A DNA stretch of 64,000 bases, from the IMG/VR virus record IMGVR_UViG_3300025809_002164, positions 1 to 64,000 of that record, one strand, 5' to 3'. The notes beneath the pieces are model-generated. The model was not told the origin of the DNA, did not search any database, and saw nothing but the letters and a program-made list of their open reading frames with translations. Origin of the DNA: a virus. Positions 8,757 through 18,617 of the stretch are shown here, one piece after another (positions within the stretch are counted from its first letter, which is position 1; each line of letters starts with the position of its first letter). The position numbers were made by a program, and so were the translations under genes.

Positions 8757-9471
8757 GATATTTTTTAAATAAAAACCTTTTACCTGTTGTTATTGTATGA
8801 TGTATGTACCATTGAATTTCGCTTGGTAACTTGAGCTTTAGTTTGTCAAATTCATCGAATGCTGTTTTTTTATTATAATTGGTAGCTTTGGGGTGATCTA
8901 TATGGTGGTTACTATCCCTGATGACTGGTAGACCTAAAATGTAAGAAATGGCGCACAGAACTATGTCCCAACCCCATCCGGTAGTATTACCGACGAAGCA
9001 TTCGTTTATTTTATTATTAAATAAATAATTAATTACTTTTGGGTGAATAAACCAGACAGTCTCATCTCCGTTAGCTATCACTTTTATATTTGGTTCTGGA
9101 GCCTCGACACTTTCTATGGTGGTAATTTTATCGTCGTACCATTCTACATTTTTTACTTTCGGGTAATAAATACCAGCATTATACTTAGACATGTAATGGC
9201 CTGAGTCTTTAATGAGTTGGGGCCAATTGCTGTATGATGTGTCGCCTTGAACATGAAAGAACACACTTTCGCCATCGTGAAGCTCGAGAGCTTTCAGGAA
9301 TTGAGAAGTAAAATAAGCGCTCTCTCCTATGTTGTGCCAGTAAGGTTTGAAGTTGTTTTCGTCGCTATTAATTACATGAACATGATCAATGCATGAATGT
9401 AAGGCTGACTCAATGCTTAATGTCGAGGAGAATTGATTACGCCAATTAAATATGAATGATTGTGTTTTCAT
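8746..9471 (-). CDS. Putative GT-A fold glycosyltransferase
   Basis: VFFHVQGD, GWGWD..L and H motifs; located in glycan island. Confidence 0.5.
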   Translation of the reverse strand: MKTQSFIFNWRNQFSSTLSIESALHSCIDHVHVINSDENNFKPYWHNIGESAYFTSQFLKALELHDGESVFFHVQGDTSYSNWPQLIKDSGHYMSKYNAGIYYPKVKNVEWYDDKITTIESVEAPEPNIKVIANGDETVWFIHPKVINYLFNNKINECFVGNTTGWGWDIVLCAISYILGLPVIRDSNHHIDHPKATNYNKKTAFDEFDKLKLKLPSEIQWYIHHTITTGKRFLFKKYLNL

Positions 9472-10046
9472 AACCCAAATTTATACCCGAAATACTCAAT
9501 GTCTTTTGCGTATTTTTCCGCAACGATCTCCCTTGTTTCATCATCGTAGTATTCGGTGTAGTGTTTGTGGTTGCTTTTGTTTTCGTGTGGAAGTTGCCGC
9601 CTTGACATTTTAGCTTTATCACAAATTGCATTGAAATCTTGCTGGAGATTTTCAAATTTACCAACGTAATCCACCATCAGGCGGTCGTTATTTAAAATGA
9701 ATTCAGATTGATTTTCAATTGACAGATAAAATTGAAAGAAATTATCCTTATAGTCATTACCTTTACAGTGATTCAAAAATTTTATCCAATTTAAAAATGA
9801 ACTCCCATGACCAAACATTTCGTAATTATTCTTTAGTCTAAAGAAATAATAAGAAAGACTTCTATCCCAGGGATTCCTTACAAATGAAAACTTAAAATAT
9901 GATTTGAGGTGTTTTGCATCATATTCGTGAGCCATTAGATGTTTCTCCTTGCCATATAATTTGGATGCACAAAACAAGCTCTCGATGCTCGTACCTCCAG
10001 TTTTAGGAATGTGTACAAAAATTATTTTTTTATCATGGTTGATCAT
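9468..10046 (-). CDS. Sulfotransferase family 2 protein (copy 2)
   Basis: FVHIPKTGGTS, VRNPWDRSLS, GKFENLQQDF, HYTEYYDDET tail. Confidence 0.88.
   Translation of the reverse strand: MINHDKKIIFVHIPKTGGTSIESLFCASKLYGKEKHLMAHEYDAKHLKSYFKFSFVRNPWDRSLSYYFFRLKNNYEMFGHGSSFLNWIKFLNHCKGNDYKDNFFQFYLSIENQSEFILNNDRLMVDYVGKFENLQQDFNAICDKAKMSRRQLPHENKSNHKHYTEYYDDETREIVAEKYAKDIEYFGYKFGL
9475..9530. repeat. 56-nt repeat copy in sulfotransferase 3' tail, identical to 14822-14877; 38-nt core also at 12814-12851
   Basis: ccaaatttatacccgaaatactcaatgtcttttgcgtatttttccgcaacgatctc read directly at both loci; degenerate copies near 11515-11600 and 14260-14350. Confidence 0.9.
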
Positions 10047-10047
10047 T

Positions 10048-10809
10048 TTATAAAAACCAACAATTATGCTTGATCATTTTTTCGATTTTTGACTGCTTGC
10101 CAGAACTAATGCTGTTGAAGTGAATTATTTTACAAGTGTTAATTATTTCCTCGTGATGATTATAAAACCATTCTCCGTTAGGATATTCATCTCTATTTAA
10201 TAATTCTATATTTATAACATTCTCATCAACTAGGGATCTTAATATTTTTTGATCACAAATATTAAAATAATCTCTACTCAATAAATAATCTTCATTAAAA
10301 ATTTTTTTTATTATTGGGTATGATTCGTGATGTATTGCGCAAAATCCAGCGCACAAAAGATTTGGTTGTCCTTCTTGAAAAATAAAATCAATTTTATTTG
10401 CGTCGAGTTGAGAAAGTAAATTTTGTTCGAAATTTTGTTTAACTATTATGTCTGTATCAAGTTTAATTAAAGATCGCCCGCTAGATAAAATGTCAAGCGC
10501 AATTTCCCATACTGGCCAATTTAATGCATTAAATTCGGGGGTACTCCAAAAGCTATATTCGGATGTTAGGTTTTGTGTGATATTTAATTTATGGTTTACC
10601 CCTTCGTAATAGTTTACTACATCGCAGTGATCTGACATATATTCTAAAGAATGTTGATCGAGAGCAAAAAATACAATAGGAAAATCTAATCGTTTGCAAC
10701 TCTCTATTAAGTTATGAGCAAGATCAATTCCTCCAAAATTTGAACAGCAATAATTTACTGAATATCTTGGATACTGTTCTATAAATAAATTTATGTTTTT
10801 ATAGATCAT
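10048..10809 (-). CDS. Nucleotide-diphospho-sugar transferase (GT77-like)
   Basis: FALD, LDTDII, CAGF, DQ..L, YPNG, IIHFN...K motifs. Confidence 0.75.
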   Translation of the reverse strand: MIYKNINLFIEQYPRYSVNYCCSNFGGIDLAHNLIESCKRLDFPIVFFALDQHSLEYMSDHCDVVNYYEGVNHKLNITQNLTSEYSFWSTPEFNALNWPVWEIALDILSSGRSLIKLDTDIIVKQNFEQNLLSQLDANKIDFIFQEGQPNLLCAGFCAIHHESYPIIKKIFNEDYLLSRDYFNICDQKILRSLVDENVINIELLNRDEYPNGEWFYNHHEEIINTCKIIHFNSISSGKQSKIEKMIKHNCWFL

Positions 10810-11509
10810 TCTTGGAGATCACTCTTACTTTTAGATTAGGGTTTACTTTGTTAATAAAGTTTTTATTTAATTTTCTGCCGTGCAATATTTTAATTTTATC
10901 TCTAGCTAGGTTTGCTGGAAAATCAGTGCGTAGGTTATAATTATTCGGTAATGTACAAACATTAGCTTTGTGTTTAAAAACAGATTCCAAAAAAGGAGTC
11001 TGATCATTTCCTGCAAGATTTAAATCTAGTCGATCTCGGTAAAATTTTAACCAATCATCGATAACATTTTGGCAAAGTTCACTGGAATTATAACCCAACA
11101 CTCCAGTGTTGTATGGCAGATAACCTACTAGCTCTTGACCTTTAATTCTTGGCCAATTATAATCCATTGGACCTGTCGCCGCGCAAAAATCGAAATGATC
11201 TAAAATTTTAAAAAGCTCTGAAAAATTGTCAAGTATAATAGTGTCCGTGTCAAGGAAAATAGATTTTTCATATATGCTAAACTTTAAGTGTTTAGGCTTA
11301 TTTAAAAGCATTGCACGCCAGTCACCAAAAGAACTTTCTGTTTTTATTATATTAAGATTGTCAATCGAGACTTTTAGATTTGTAATTAAGGTGACATCTC
11401 CGCTATAAAATTGCCTCAATGAATTATATGATTTTCTAAACTCATCGATGTATTTTCCGGATTCATCGATCACTAGATATACTATACCTTCTTTTGAGAG
11501 TTTTTTCAT
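10799..11509 (-). CDS. GT-A glycosyltransferase (GT8/GT77-like)
   Basis: SIFLDTDT, YNTGV, NDQ..F, LP..YN, ILHGR. Confidence 0.75.
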   Translation of the reverse strand: MKKLSKEGIVYLVIDESGKYIDEFRKSYNSLRQFYSGDVTLITNLKVSIDNLNIIKTESSFGDWRAMLLNKPKHLKFSIYEKSIFLDTDTIILDNFSELFKILDHFDFCAATGPMDYNWPRIKGQELVGYLPYNTGVLGYNSSELCQNVIDDWLKFYRDRLDLNLAGNDQTPFLESVFKHKANVCTLPNNYNLRTDFPANLARDKIKILHGRKLNKNFINKVNPNLKVRVISKNDL

Positions 11510-12096
11510 TTAAATTTATAATCAAAATACTCTATATCTTTGGCATATTTTTTGGCAACAATCTCGCAAGTTTCATCATTGTAGTATTCTGAATAGTGTT
11601 TGTGGGAAGATTTGTTTTCGTGTGGCAAATTGAAATTAGGAATATTTGAAATTGAGCAGATTTTAGATATATCTTCTTGGAGGAATTCTGTTTTTCCAAC
11701 ATAATCTATAACTTGTTGATTATTTTTATAAATCCAGAAATGTTGAGGCTTTAAATGCTGTACCGAATTTATTGCGTCATCATTTAATTTATGCAAAACA
11801 AAATCTTCAAACGATTCTGAAGGTGTTCGCATATACTTGTTGTAGTGAAATGCATTTTTGTGATTGTGTCCTCCCGATTTGAGAAAAAAGAAAGCAGAGA
11901 CTAAACGATCAAAAGGATTTCTTACAAAAGAAAAAGAAAAATAATTTTTGTAGGAATTATCATATGGAAAAGGTTTTTTGAGTTTTGCTTCGCCGTGACC
12001 AAAGTATTCAATTTCTTTCAGATTTAAGTCTCGCAAAGCTTGCCACAATGAACATCCCGCGCATTTTGGAATATGTACGAATATAGCTTTTTTCAT
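11506..12096 (-). CDS. Sulfotransferase family 2 protein (copy 3)
   Basis: FVHIPKCAGCS, VRNPFDRLVS, HLKPQ, HYSEYY tail. Confidence 0.88.
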   Translation of the reverse strand: MKKAIFVHIPKCAGCSLWQALRDLNLKEIEYFGHGEAKLKKPFPYDNSYKNYFSFSFVRNPFDRLVSAFFFLKSGGHNHKNAFHYNKYMRTPSESFEDFVLHKLNDDAINSVQHLKPQHFWIYKNNQQVIDYVGKTEFLQEDISKICSISNIPNFNLPHENKSSHKHYSEYYNDETCEIVAKKYAKDIEYFDYKFK

Positions 12097-12791
12097 TAAT
12101 CGACTCTATGTTTAATTGGGTGATATATTCCAGGAGTGTTTCCGATTTCCATTTCCAAATGATCAACAAAAGGCAGATCAATTTCTCCAATTCTAGCTCC
12201 TTCTAGGTTTGCAATTGTTGGTAATCTAAGTTCGGAAATTATATCTTTTTCATACAGGTGCAGCCATTTTGAACTAAAGATAAGATCTAATAAAGATTTT
12301 CTTACAAGAAAAAATCCAAAAGAAATCAAGCCGACTGCGGTTTGATTGTTTTTTAAATTAAAATGATCCACTTCATTCCACCAAACCCAATTGTCTGCAC
12401 TCCAGTTTGAGACTTTCATTCCTTTAGGTTCCCATTTATTGCGAATATTAGGATTCTCAAGAAACATTGTGCTTCCAGCTAAATCTAAATCATTTGGCAG
12501 TTCGGGTATAGGACTCGATATGAATGTATCCCATTCGATCAATGCTACCACATCACCCTTAACATTTTGCTTGTTTTTTTGCCACCAATAAAATAACGGC
12601 TTATCGCCGTTTCTCCAGTTATATCTTTTTCCTTGTGGAGCATCTTCGCCCACAACAATATGTATATCTGTAGAGGGGTTACTTAGAGAAATGTGTTTAA
12701 GATGCGGTGATAGTATACTGTTGGTTGATTGATCAACATAAGTACTAATAATAATAGACTGTCTGCAACAATTATTGGTCACTGTCTTCAT
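12096..12791 (-). CDS. Putative glycosyltransferase-like protein
   Basis: ALIEWD, SELRLPT, YHPIK; sits between sulfotransferases. Confidence 0.45.
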   Translation of the reverse strand: MKTVTNNCCRQSIIISTYVDQSTNSILSPHLKHISLSNPSTDIHIVVGEDAPQGKRYNWRNGDKPLFYWWQKNKQNVKGDVVALIEWDTFISSPIPELPNDLDLAGSTMFLENPNIRNKWEPKGMKVSNWSADNWVWWNEVDHFNLKNNQTAVGLISFGFFLVRKSLLDLIFSSKWLHLYEKDIISELRLPTIANLEGARIGEIDLPFVDHLEMEIGNTPGIYHPIKHRVD

Positions 12792-12794
12792 ATT

Positions 12795-13391
12795 TTATTC
12801 TCCAAACTCATAACCGAAATACTCAATGTCTTTTGCGTATTTTTCCGCAACAATAGATTTTGTTTCGTCATCGTAGTATTCGGTGTAGTGTTTGTGTTTA
12901 GTTTTGTATGCATGAGGAAGTTGCTCTCTGGCAATCCCTATTTTGTCGCAGGCGGTATCAAAATCTTCTTGAAGGTTTTCAAAACGACCTATGAAATTGA
13001 TTTGACGTATAGGGTGTAATGTATGCATATAATCAAGACCGTGATAATAATCACCCTTATTAGGGTTATGCTTCGATCTGGATTTTGGCCATTCGGTAAA
13101 CTTTTTTAAAAATGTTTTAAAGTCTACTCCTTTGTAAAAATCTTTTACTCTCTTTACGGGGTACTCATGTTCAGTGTTTGTAAACCACTTGTATTCCGAT
13201 ACGATTTTATCATATGGATTTCTAACAAATGCGAACTTAAAGTAGTTATTATATTTTGCATTTAACTCTTGGTGGGATGTGTGATAATGTTGTTGATGTA
13301 CGAATGATTGTTTTTTTAAAATATGTTCTATACTCGTGCCTCCGCATTTTGGCACATGAATAAATACAGCTTTCAGTTTATTGCTTATCAT
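12795..13391 (-). CDS. Sulfotransferase family 2 protein (copy 4)
   Basis: FIHVPKCGGTS, VRNPYDKIVS, conserved tail. Confidence 0.88.
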   Translation of the reverse strand: MISNKLKAVFIHVPKCGGTSIEHILKKQSFVHQQHYHTSHQELNAKYNNYFKFAFVRNPYDKIVSEYKWFTNTEHEYPVKRVKDFYKGVDFKTFLKKFTEWPKSRSKHNPNKGDYYHGLDYMHTLHPIRQINFIGRFENLQEDFDTACDKIGIAREQLPHAYKTKHKHYTEYYDDETKSIVAEKYAKDIEYFGYEFGE

Positions 13392-14244
13392 TTTCTATTT
13401 TCCTCAAAAAAGTATCGTCATATATTTCTGGATAAGACGATGATTTTAAATCTTCAAAACTGTATCCGTCATTAATATACCAACCGTTGCTAATCAATTT
13501 GCTCTTAGCTTGTTCATCAGAAATGTACCTAAAGTGGTAACATAAAAACTCCCCATTTTCAATATCTTTGCTTCTTAAGTTTAGGAACCGACCATTCGCT
13601 AGTCTGCCGCCTGTTAAATCACAACCGTTAAAGTTGCACTTAAGTGGGTAAGGCTCATGATCTAATAGATACTTGAATTCGCTTGGTTTGAAAATAGTTT
13701 TATATTCGATTCCATCGTATCTGCATCTAAATTTTTGAACTGCGTGTGGGTGTCGTTTATCATGATCATGTCTATAAACTACCTCTTTTAATACACTTTT
13801 TGGATTTTTGCTTAATTTGGCTCCAGACATAAAAACCCAAGGAACACTAATGGAGTTAACATTCTCTCGAACTGTTCGCAAACGTTGCGCTATCGTTAAA
13901 TCGAATTGTTTTTTAGTCACCATGAATTCGTCTACATCACAATATATTAACCATTCGTAGTTTCCTTTAATCTTAGATCTGAATATTTTGTTTGACGGAG
14001 AATTTTTGTCTAGCTTACATTGTTGGGCGGTATTTGTGTTTTCGTAATTTCTTTTTTGGTAAATAATATTTACATTTTTATATTCTTTATTGCTCGCAAA
14101 ATCATATATAGATTTATCTTCGGAGTCATCATCTATTACATAAATTGAGTCAGCGCCTTGAGATAAATAGTAGTCAACCCATTCTTTGATGTAAAACTCG
14201 TCCCTACATCGAGTTAGTATTGATAAAAATTTTTTATTTTTCAT
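13378..14244 (-). CDS. Glycosyltransferase (GT2/GT92-like)
   Basis: RDEFYIKEWVDYY..G...IYVIDDDS, WLIYCDVDEF, K.I, YHF. Confidence 0.8.
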   Translation of the reverse strand: MKNKKFLSILTRCRDEFYIKEWVDYYLSQGADSIYVIDDDSEDKSIYDFASNKEYKNVNIIYQKRNYENTNTAQQCKLDKNSPSNKIFRSKIKGNYEWLIYCDVDEFMVTKKQFDLTIAQRLRTVRENVNSISVPWVFMSGAKLSKNPKSVLKEVVYRHDHDKRHPHAVQKFRCRYDGIEYKTIFKPSEFKYLLDHEPYPLKCNFNGCDLTGGRLANGRFLNLRSKDIENGEFLCYHFRYISDEQAKSKLISNGWYINDGYSFEDLKSSSYPEIYDDTFLRKIENDKQ

Positions 14245-14250
14245 ATGTAT

Positions 14251-14808
14251 TTATTCTTTAAATTTGTAACCAAAGTACTCAATGTCTCGTGCATATTTTT
14301 CCGCAACAATTTGCCGTGTTTCGTCGTCGTAGTATTCGGTGTAGTGTTTGTGTTTGGACTTGTTTTTGTGTGGAAGTTGTTGTCGTGAAATACCAATTTT
14401 GTCGCAGATGATGTTGAAGTCTTCTTGGTAATTTTCAAATCTCCCGATAAAATCCATGTCTACGTCATTATTTTGATTTACAAAATATTTTGTCAATGGC
14501 TGACAATATTTCATGACACCTTTGTTTTTTAATTTAACAGAGCTCTTGAAGGAATGTTTAGCAAGTTCGATATCAGGATCTACCAATTTTCCTTGTGTTC
14601 TTCCATGATATACGGAAACTAACCTATCAAATGGATTTCTAGCAAACCCGAATTTGAAATAATCATTATATTGATATGGGTATTTTATTTGATATTTTCT
14701 TAAATAAATGTGATCTACTTTTATATACCCTTGAAAGAGGTATTCTATACTATTACCACCACATTTATTGGGGTGAATGAAAATAAATTTATGTTCATCG
14801 TTTATCAT
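14251..14808 (-). CDS. Sulfotransferase family 2 protein (copy 5)
   Basis: FIHPNKCGGNS, RNPFDRLVS, conserved tail. Confidence 0.85.
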   Translation of the reverse strand: MINDEHKFIFIHPNKCGGNSIEYLFQGYIKVDHIYLRKYQIKYPYQYNDYFKFGFARNPFDRLVSVYHGRTQGKLVDPDIELAKHSFKSSVKLKNKGVMKYCQPLTKYFVNQNNDVDMDFIGRFENYQEDFNIICDKIGISRQQLPHKNKSKHKHYTEYYDDETRQIVAEKYARDIEYFGYKFKE

Positions 14809-14811
14809 ATT

Positions 14812-15405
14812 TTAATCTTCTCCAAATTTATACCCGAAATACTCAATGTCTTTTGCGTATTTTTCCGCAACGATCTCACGAGTTTCGTCATCGTAGTATT
14901 CAGTGTAGTGTTTATGTTTGGTTTTGTTCTCATGTGGGAGTTGTTGTTTTGGTATCCCGATTTTGTCGCAGATGATGTTGAAGTCTTCTTCGAGGTTTTC
15001 AAATTTTCCAATGAAATTTATTTTATCATTTATGAATTGATGTTGATGCATACAGTGATTACCCATTACTCCATTTTTATTTTTTTTTGCTAGCTGTATT
15101 AGTTCTTTTTTTATGTCGTTACTTAATTTTAAATACTTTTTTAAGTAAAAATATTCAGATACCAAACGGTCAAAAGGATTTCTTACAAAAGCAAAAGAGT
15201 AAAACTTTTTCAAGTTAGGGTAAAGCACTTTCGATTTCTCTATATCGTCTAAAGTGCAATGATTTAATGGATAATGTAATTTTAGATTATGAGGCCAAGT
15301 ATTCCCCCTAAAAATACAACTACCATCTACCAAACTTTCTTCTAAAGTTGTTCCGCCGCATTTGGGGATGTGAATGAAAATAAATTTATGTTTTAATGAA
15401 ATCAT
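14812..15405 (-). CDS. Sulfotransferase family 2 protein (copy 6)
   Basis: MISLKHKFIFIHIPKCGGTT, VRNPFDRLVS, conserved tail; start moved to 15405. Confidence 0.88.
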   Translation of the reverse strand: MISLKHKFIFIHIPKCGGTTLEESLVDGSCIFRGNTWPHNLKLHYPLNHCTLDDIEKSKVLYPNLKKFYSFAFVRNPFDRLVSEYFYLKKYLKLSNDIKKELIQLAKKNKNGVMGNHCMHQHQFINDKINFIGKFENLEEDFNIICDKIGIPKQQLPHENKTKHKHYTEYYDDETREIVAEKYAKDIEYFGYKFGED

Positions 15406-16051
15406 ATATTTTCTCCATAGTTTCAAAATTCACATAATGTGTTGTGATTTTATTTTCTTTAATTATTGCGTTAATGCATACTGACTGATTTTGTTTTGCT
15501 GTTGCTGGATTAGGTGTTGATATAGAATCAGTATGTATTAAATTTATTTCTTGTTCTTTTAAAGCAAGACCAACTGAATAATCCTCCGCTCTTTTTGTTT
15601 TAGATTCGTCGCCATAAAAATGTTTTAAAGACTCCACACACTTTTTCACAGCAGTTCTTGTTAAGGCATATCCAGCTCCACCCTGAGCATAGGGAAATGG
15701 ATTAACTATTTTACCGCCAATATATAATTCATCATCAGGATTATAATTTTTTAGTAAGTTTATCAATTTATCAAATGCAACATATGTGTCATCATCACAT
15801 TTAAACAAAAAATCCCATTCATAATCTAATGATTTTACTAGCATTTTGTATGTTTTTTTTGGTAGCCGATGCCTGTGTTCTCCTTCATCTGGGCTACAGT
15901 TCCATGTTTTACCCATAGCTTCAGATTGAATTTTGTCCCCATAAAAAAAATAATCATGCGGGGATTTTATGTCTTTAATCCATGTAGCAAGACAAGCATC
16001 CGCTCGTTCTTGAGTTGATGAACATGTTAAAATTGTAGTAAGTATTTTCAT
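15386..16051 (-). CDS. Fringe/beta-1,3-galactosyltransferase-like (GT31)
   Basis: WDFLFKCDDDTYV, YIG, YAQGGAGY.L, AED..VG, TTHY. Confidence 0.85.
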   Translation of the reverse strand: MKILTTILTCSSTQERADACLATWIKDIKSPHDYFFYGDKIQSEAMGKTWNCSPDEGEHRHRLPKKTYKMLVKSLDYEWDFLFKCDDDTYVAFDKLINLLKNYNPDDELYIGGKIVNPFPYAQGGAGYALTRTAVKKCVESLKHFYGDESKTKRAEDYSVGLALKEQEINLIHTDSISTPNPATAKQNQSVCINAIIKENKITTHYVNFETMEKIYDFIKT

Positions 16052-16806
16052 ATTCCTAATAAATTTTTAATTAAATCAATTCTCAACTTACTCGCATCAA
16101 GGTTTTTATACTGATCGTATTTTGTTTGCAAGGTACGAATATTATAATGAGACACGTGAACCACTCCGTATTTTTCGTTTTCAATGTATCCTATATTAGA
16201 ACCTGCAAGTATCTTGTTTTCCACAGGATCAATGTATCCACCCAATTCATGTCGATTTCTTGTCATTAAAATGTCGTGTTGATTTCTTAAATCTTCAGCA
16301 GAATCATTGTTTTGTGGCATAAAATTATATTGAAAAAATTCTTGATCGTGGTAGTGATCTGTCTGTTGTTTTAATATATCAATTCTTTGATTGCTAACTT
16401 CCGCAAATGCTTTGCATAAATTTTCAAATTGAGATGGTGTTCCACTTGCAAGAAATGGACAATCATTATCCATCAAATGAAGTTTATCGTTGGGTTCTGT
16501 GATCGGGAAATTCACATTAATTGCATCATAATCAGAAACATAAAATTTTTCATCTGCTTGAGTGGCATATGCTAACCAACGAAACCAACAACTCATTCCG
16601 TAGTCATTTATTTCTTTTTTTGCAATTTCTTTGCAGATTCTACGCATTTCTGTGTTTAATGTTTCAAAATAGGGATGTCTTTTTGCATCTTCTAAATTTA
16701 AAACAATTGGTTCGTAACCTTGACGAGACCAACTTATTTTCCACAAGTCAATAAGTTCGTTTTGGGAAGGGTGGTTGATATTCTGGTAGTATGTGTATAT
16801 TTTCAT
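16048..16806 (-). CDS. Putative GT-A glycosyltransferase
   Basis: LWK.SW...G.EPIVL, CWFRWLAY, SDYD.IN, HDQ, VHVSH. Confidence 0.55.
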   Translation of the reverse strand: MKIYTYYQNINHPSQNELIDLWKISWSRQGYEPIVLNLEDAKRHPYFETLNTEMRRICKEIAKKEINDYGMSCWFRWLAYATQADEKFYVSDYDAINVNFPITEPNDKLHLMDNDCPFLASGTPSQFENLCKAFAEVSNQRIDILKQQTDHYHDQEFFQYNFMPQNNDSAEDLRNQHDILMTRNRHELGGYIDPVENKILAGSNIGYIENEKYGVVHVSHYNIRTLQTKYDQYKNLDASKLRIDLIKNLLGI

Positions 16807-17457
16807 TTAATATTCATATCCTTTTAATTGTATTACATTTTTTTCTTTCTCTGCGACTAGGTCAATTAATTGTTGGTTGTAGATGTCGAGCATGTTGAGT
16901 GAGTTTGCGCTCTTGTTTCCATGTTGAAGGCTTGGAGCTTGAATGCCTACTTGATTGCACAAAAAAACAAATTCATTTTGCAAATTATTAAACTCGGCAA
17001 TATGATCTACTGTAATTTTTCCACTTTCATCGAAGTAATATGAATCTTGTGAGTCGTTGTTTAATATAATGTTTTTTAACACCGATTGATCATCTTTATT
17101 TTGAAATAATTCTTCGCAAAGTTTTCCTTGGTTGAGTTCTGGTTCGCGCCAATTTATTGATTTATCCCTACGCAAATACTTTTCGCCGTAACTTTTAAAA
17201 TACTTAAAAAAACTAAAGTAACGAGCCCATGGATTACGTACAGTTGTAAATTTAAAATAATCGTTCCAATTCCAGTCGTTTTTTGCGAATTGTTTTTTTA
17301 CGCGAATCGCGCCATCATGCTGATAAAATTCTGAATCTAAGTTTGGTTCTCCACAAGCATCTAGGATGCCCAATGGTAGTAAGCTTTCCCGAAAAGACCG
17401 ACTGCCAGTTTTAGGTATGTCAATTATAACGAATTTATGTTTATGAGAAATAAGCAT
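16807..17457 (-). CDS. Sulfotransferase family 2 protein (copy 7)
   Basis: IDIPKTGSRS, VRNPWARYFS, ends GYEY. Confidence 0.82.
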   Translation of the reverse strand: MLISHKHKFVIIDIPKTGSRSFRESLLPLGILDACGEPNLDSEFYQHDGAIRVKKQFAKNDWNWNDYFKFTTVRNPWARYFSFFKYFKSYGEKYLRRDKSINWREPELNQGKLCEELFQNKDDQSVLKNIILNNDSQDSYYFDESGKITVDHIAEFNNLQNEFVFLCNQVGIQAPSLQHGNKSANSLNMLDIYNQQLIDLVAEKEKNVIQLKGYEY

Positions 17458-17461
17458 AGAC

Positions 17462-18046
17462 TTAAAACAAGTATTTATAAGTTTCTATATCGCTTTCGTA
17501 TTTTTTAGATACTAATTTTTTGCAGTCATCATTATAATAATCTTGATAAAATTTATGATTCGAGCGGTTGGACTGATTGATCGAGACAATCGGGTATTGT
17601 ATATGCGTGCATACATGATTAAAGTCCTCCTGTAAATTTTCAGTTTTTCCGATAAAATCCATAGGCCTGTCCAGTCTTTTAGTTTGCGGTTGAAAATGCA
17701 ACCATTCGTCAATACAGGTGTGATTGTGACCCCTTGAGTTTATATAATTAACAGGAATGTCATTACATAAATATGTTAGAAACTTGTCAAATCCTCCAAG
17801 GGATTTTAAAAAATTGCCAAATAACTCATCCTCTTTATTTAAGCCTCCATCGATAAGAAAAAAATATGCACTTACAACTCTAGACCATGGATTTCTTGTA
17901 AAACTAAATTTAAAAGAATCGTGAAGCTCTTTTTCAGAATAAGAACTAGGTTTTCGGTGATAACAGTCTTGGGTTGATAGATTTAGCGCCTCTATTATAG
18001 AAATTCCCCCAGCCTTGGGAATGTGGACAAAAATAAGATTTTTCAT
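17462..18046 (-). CDS. Sulfotransferase family 2 protein (copy 8)
   Basis: FVHIPKAGGIS, RNPWSRVVS, HFQPQ, GKTENLQEDF. Confidence 0.88.
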   Translation of the reverse strand: MKNLIFVHIPKAGGISIIEALNLSTQDCYHRKPSSYSEKELHDSFKFSFTRNPWSRVVSAYFFLIDGGLNKEDELFGNFLKSLGGFDKFLTYLCNDIPVNYINSRGHNHTCIDEWLHFQPQTKRLDRPMDFIGKTENLQEDFNHVCTHIQYPIVSINQSNRSNHKFYQDYYNDDCKKLVSKKYESDIETYKYLF

Positions 18047-18606
18047 TAATCTATATGTTTAAGCCAGATACCATCCTCGCTTAATTTATGGTCAGGTATT
18101 AATTCAGTAACGGCTTGTTTAACACCGCATGAATTGTTGTAATCATGCCCACTAATCATACCACCTTTTTTAATTTTAGGTAACCATGCATTTATATCTT
18201 TAACGACTGATTCGTATGAATGATCGGCATCAATAAATACGAAATCCACCGTGCCATCTTCAAACTTATCAGCCATTTCCCACGACATTCCTTTTAAATC
18301 GATAATTATATCAGACACACCATTTTGTTTTTTATTTTCATTATAGATGTCATATAATATAGGAACTTGGCCTCTCAACTTAGGTCTGTCTTCCCATTTA
18401 TAAGTGTTATCCCACAAATCAACAGCGTATATTTTAGCCTCATATTTTAATTTCTTAATTTCTTTAGCTAGAAAAGAGACAGAGTGCCCTTTCCAGACAC
18501 CCACTTCAACTAATATATCATATTTTTTCCTTGCAACTGCTTTGTAAAAATTTTGGTAATTAAACCAACAATCCGTATTTAAATTTTCTTGCACCTTTTT
18601 ATTCAT
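18046..18606 (-). CDS. Class I SAM methyltransferase (Methyltransf_24-like)
   Basis: VEVGVWKGHS, YAVDLW, DFVFIDADHSY, GGMISGHDY. Confidence 0.9.
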   Translation of the reverse strand: MNKKVQENLNTDCWFNYQNFYKAVARKKYDILVEVGVWKGHSVSFLAKEIKKLKYEAKIYAVDLWDNTYKWEDRPKLRGQVPILYDIYNENKKQNGVSDIIIDLKGMSWEMADKFEDGTVDFVFIDADHSYESVVKDINAWLPKIKKGGMISGHDYNNSCGVKQAVTELIPDHKLSEDGIWLKHID

Positions 18607-18617
18607 TTTTAATTTGC

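Noticed and set aside
9468-15010. Repeated tails as a CRISPR array or DGR template/variable repeats
   Set aside because: The repeats are in-frame coding ends spaced 0.5-2 kb apart, differences are not confined to adenines, and no reverse transcriptase or cas operon is in the window
9446-15093. Short similar alternative-frame ORFs (9446..9664, 14241..14438, 14805..15011, 12729..13019, 14710..15093)
   Set aside because: Shadow frames of the repeated sulfotransferase tails; their similarity follows from the DNA repeat
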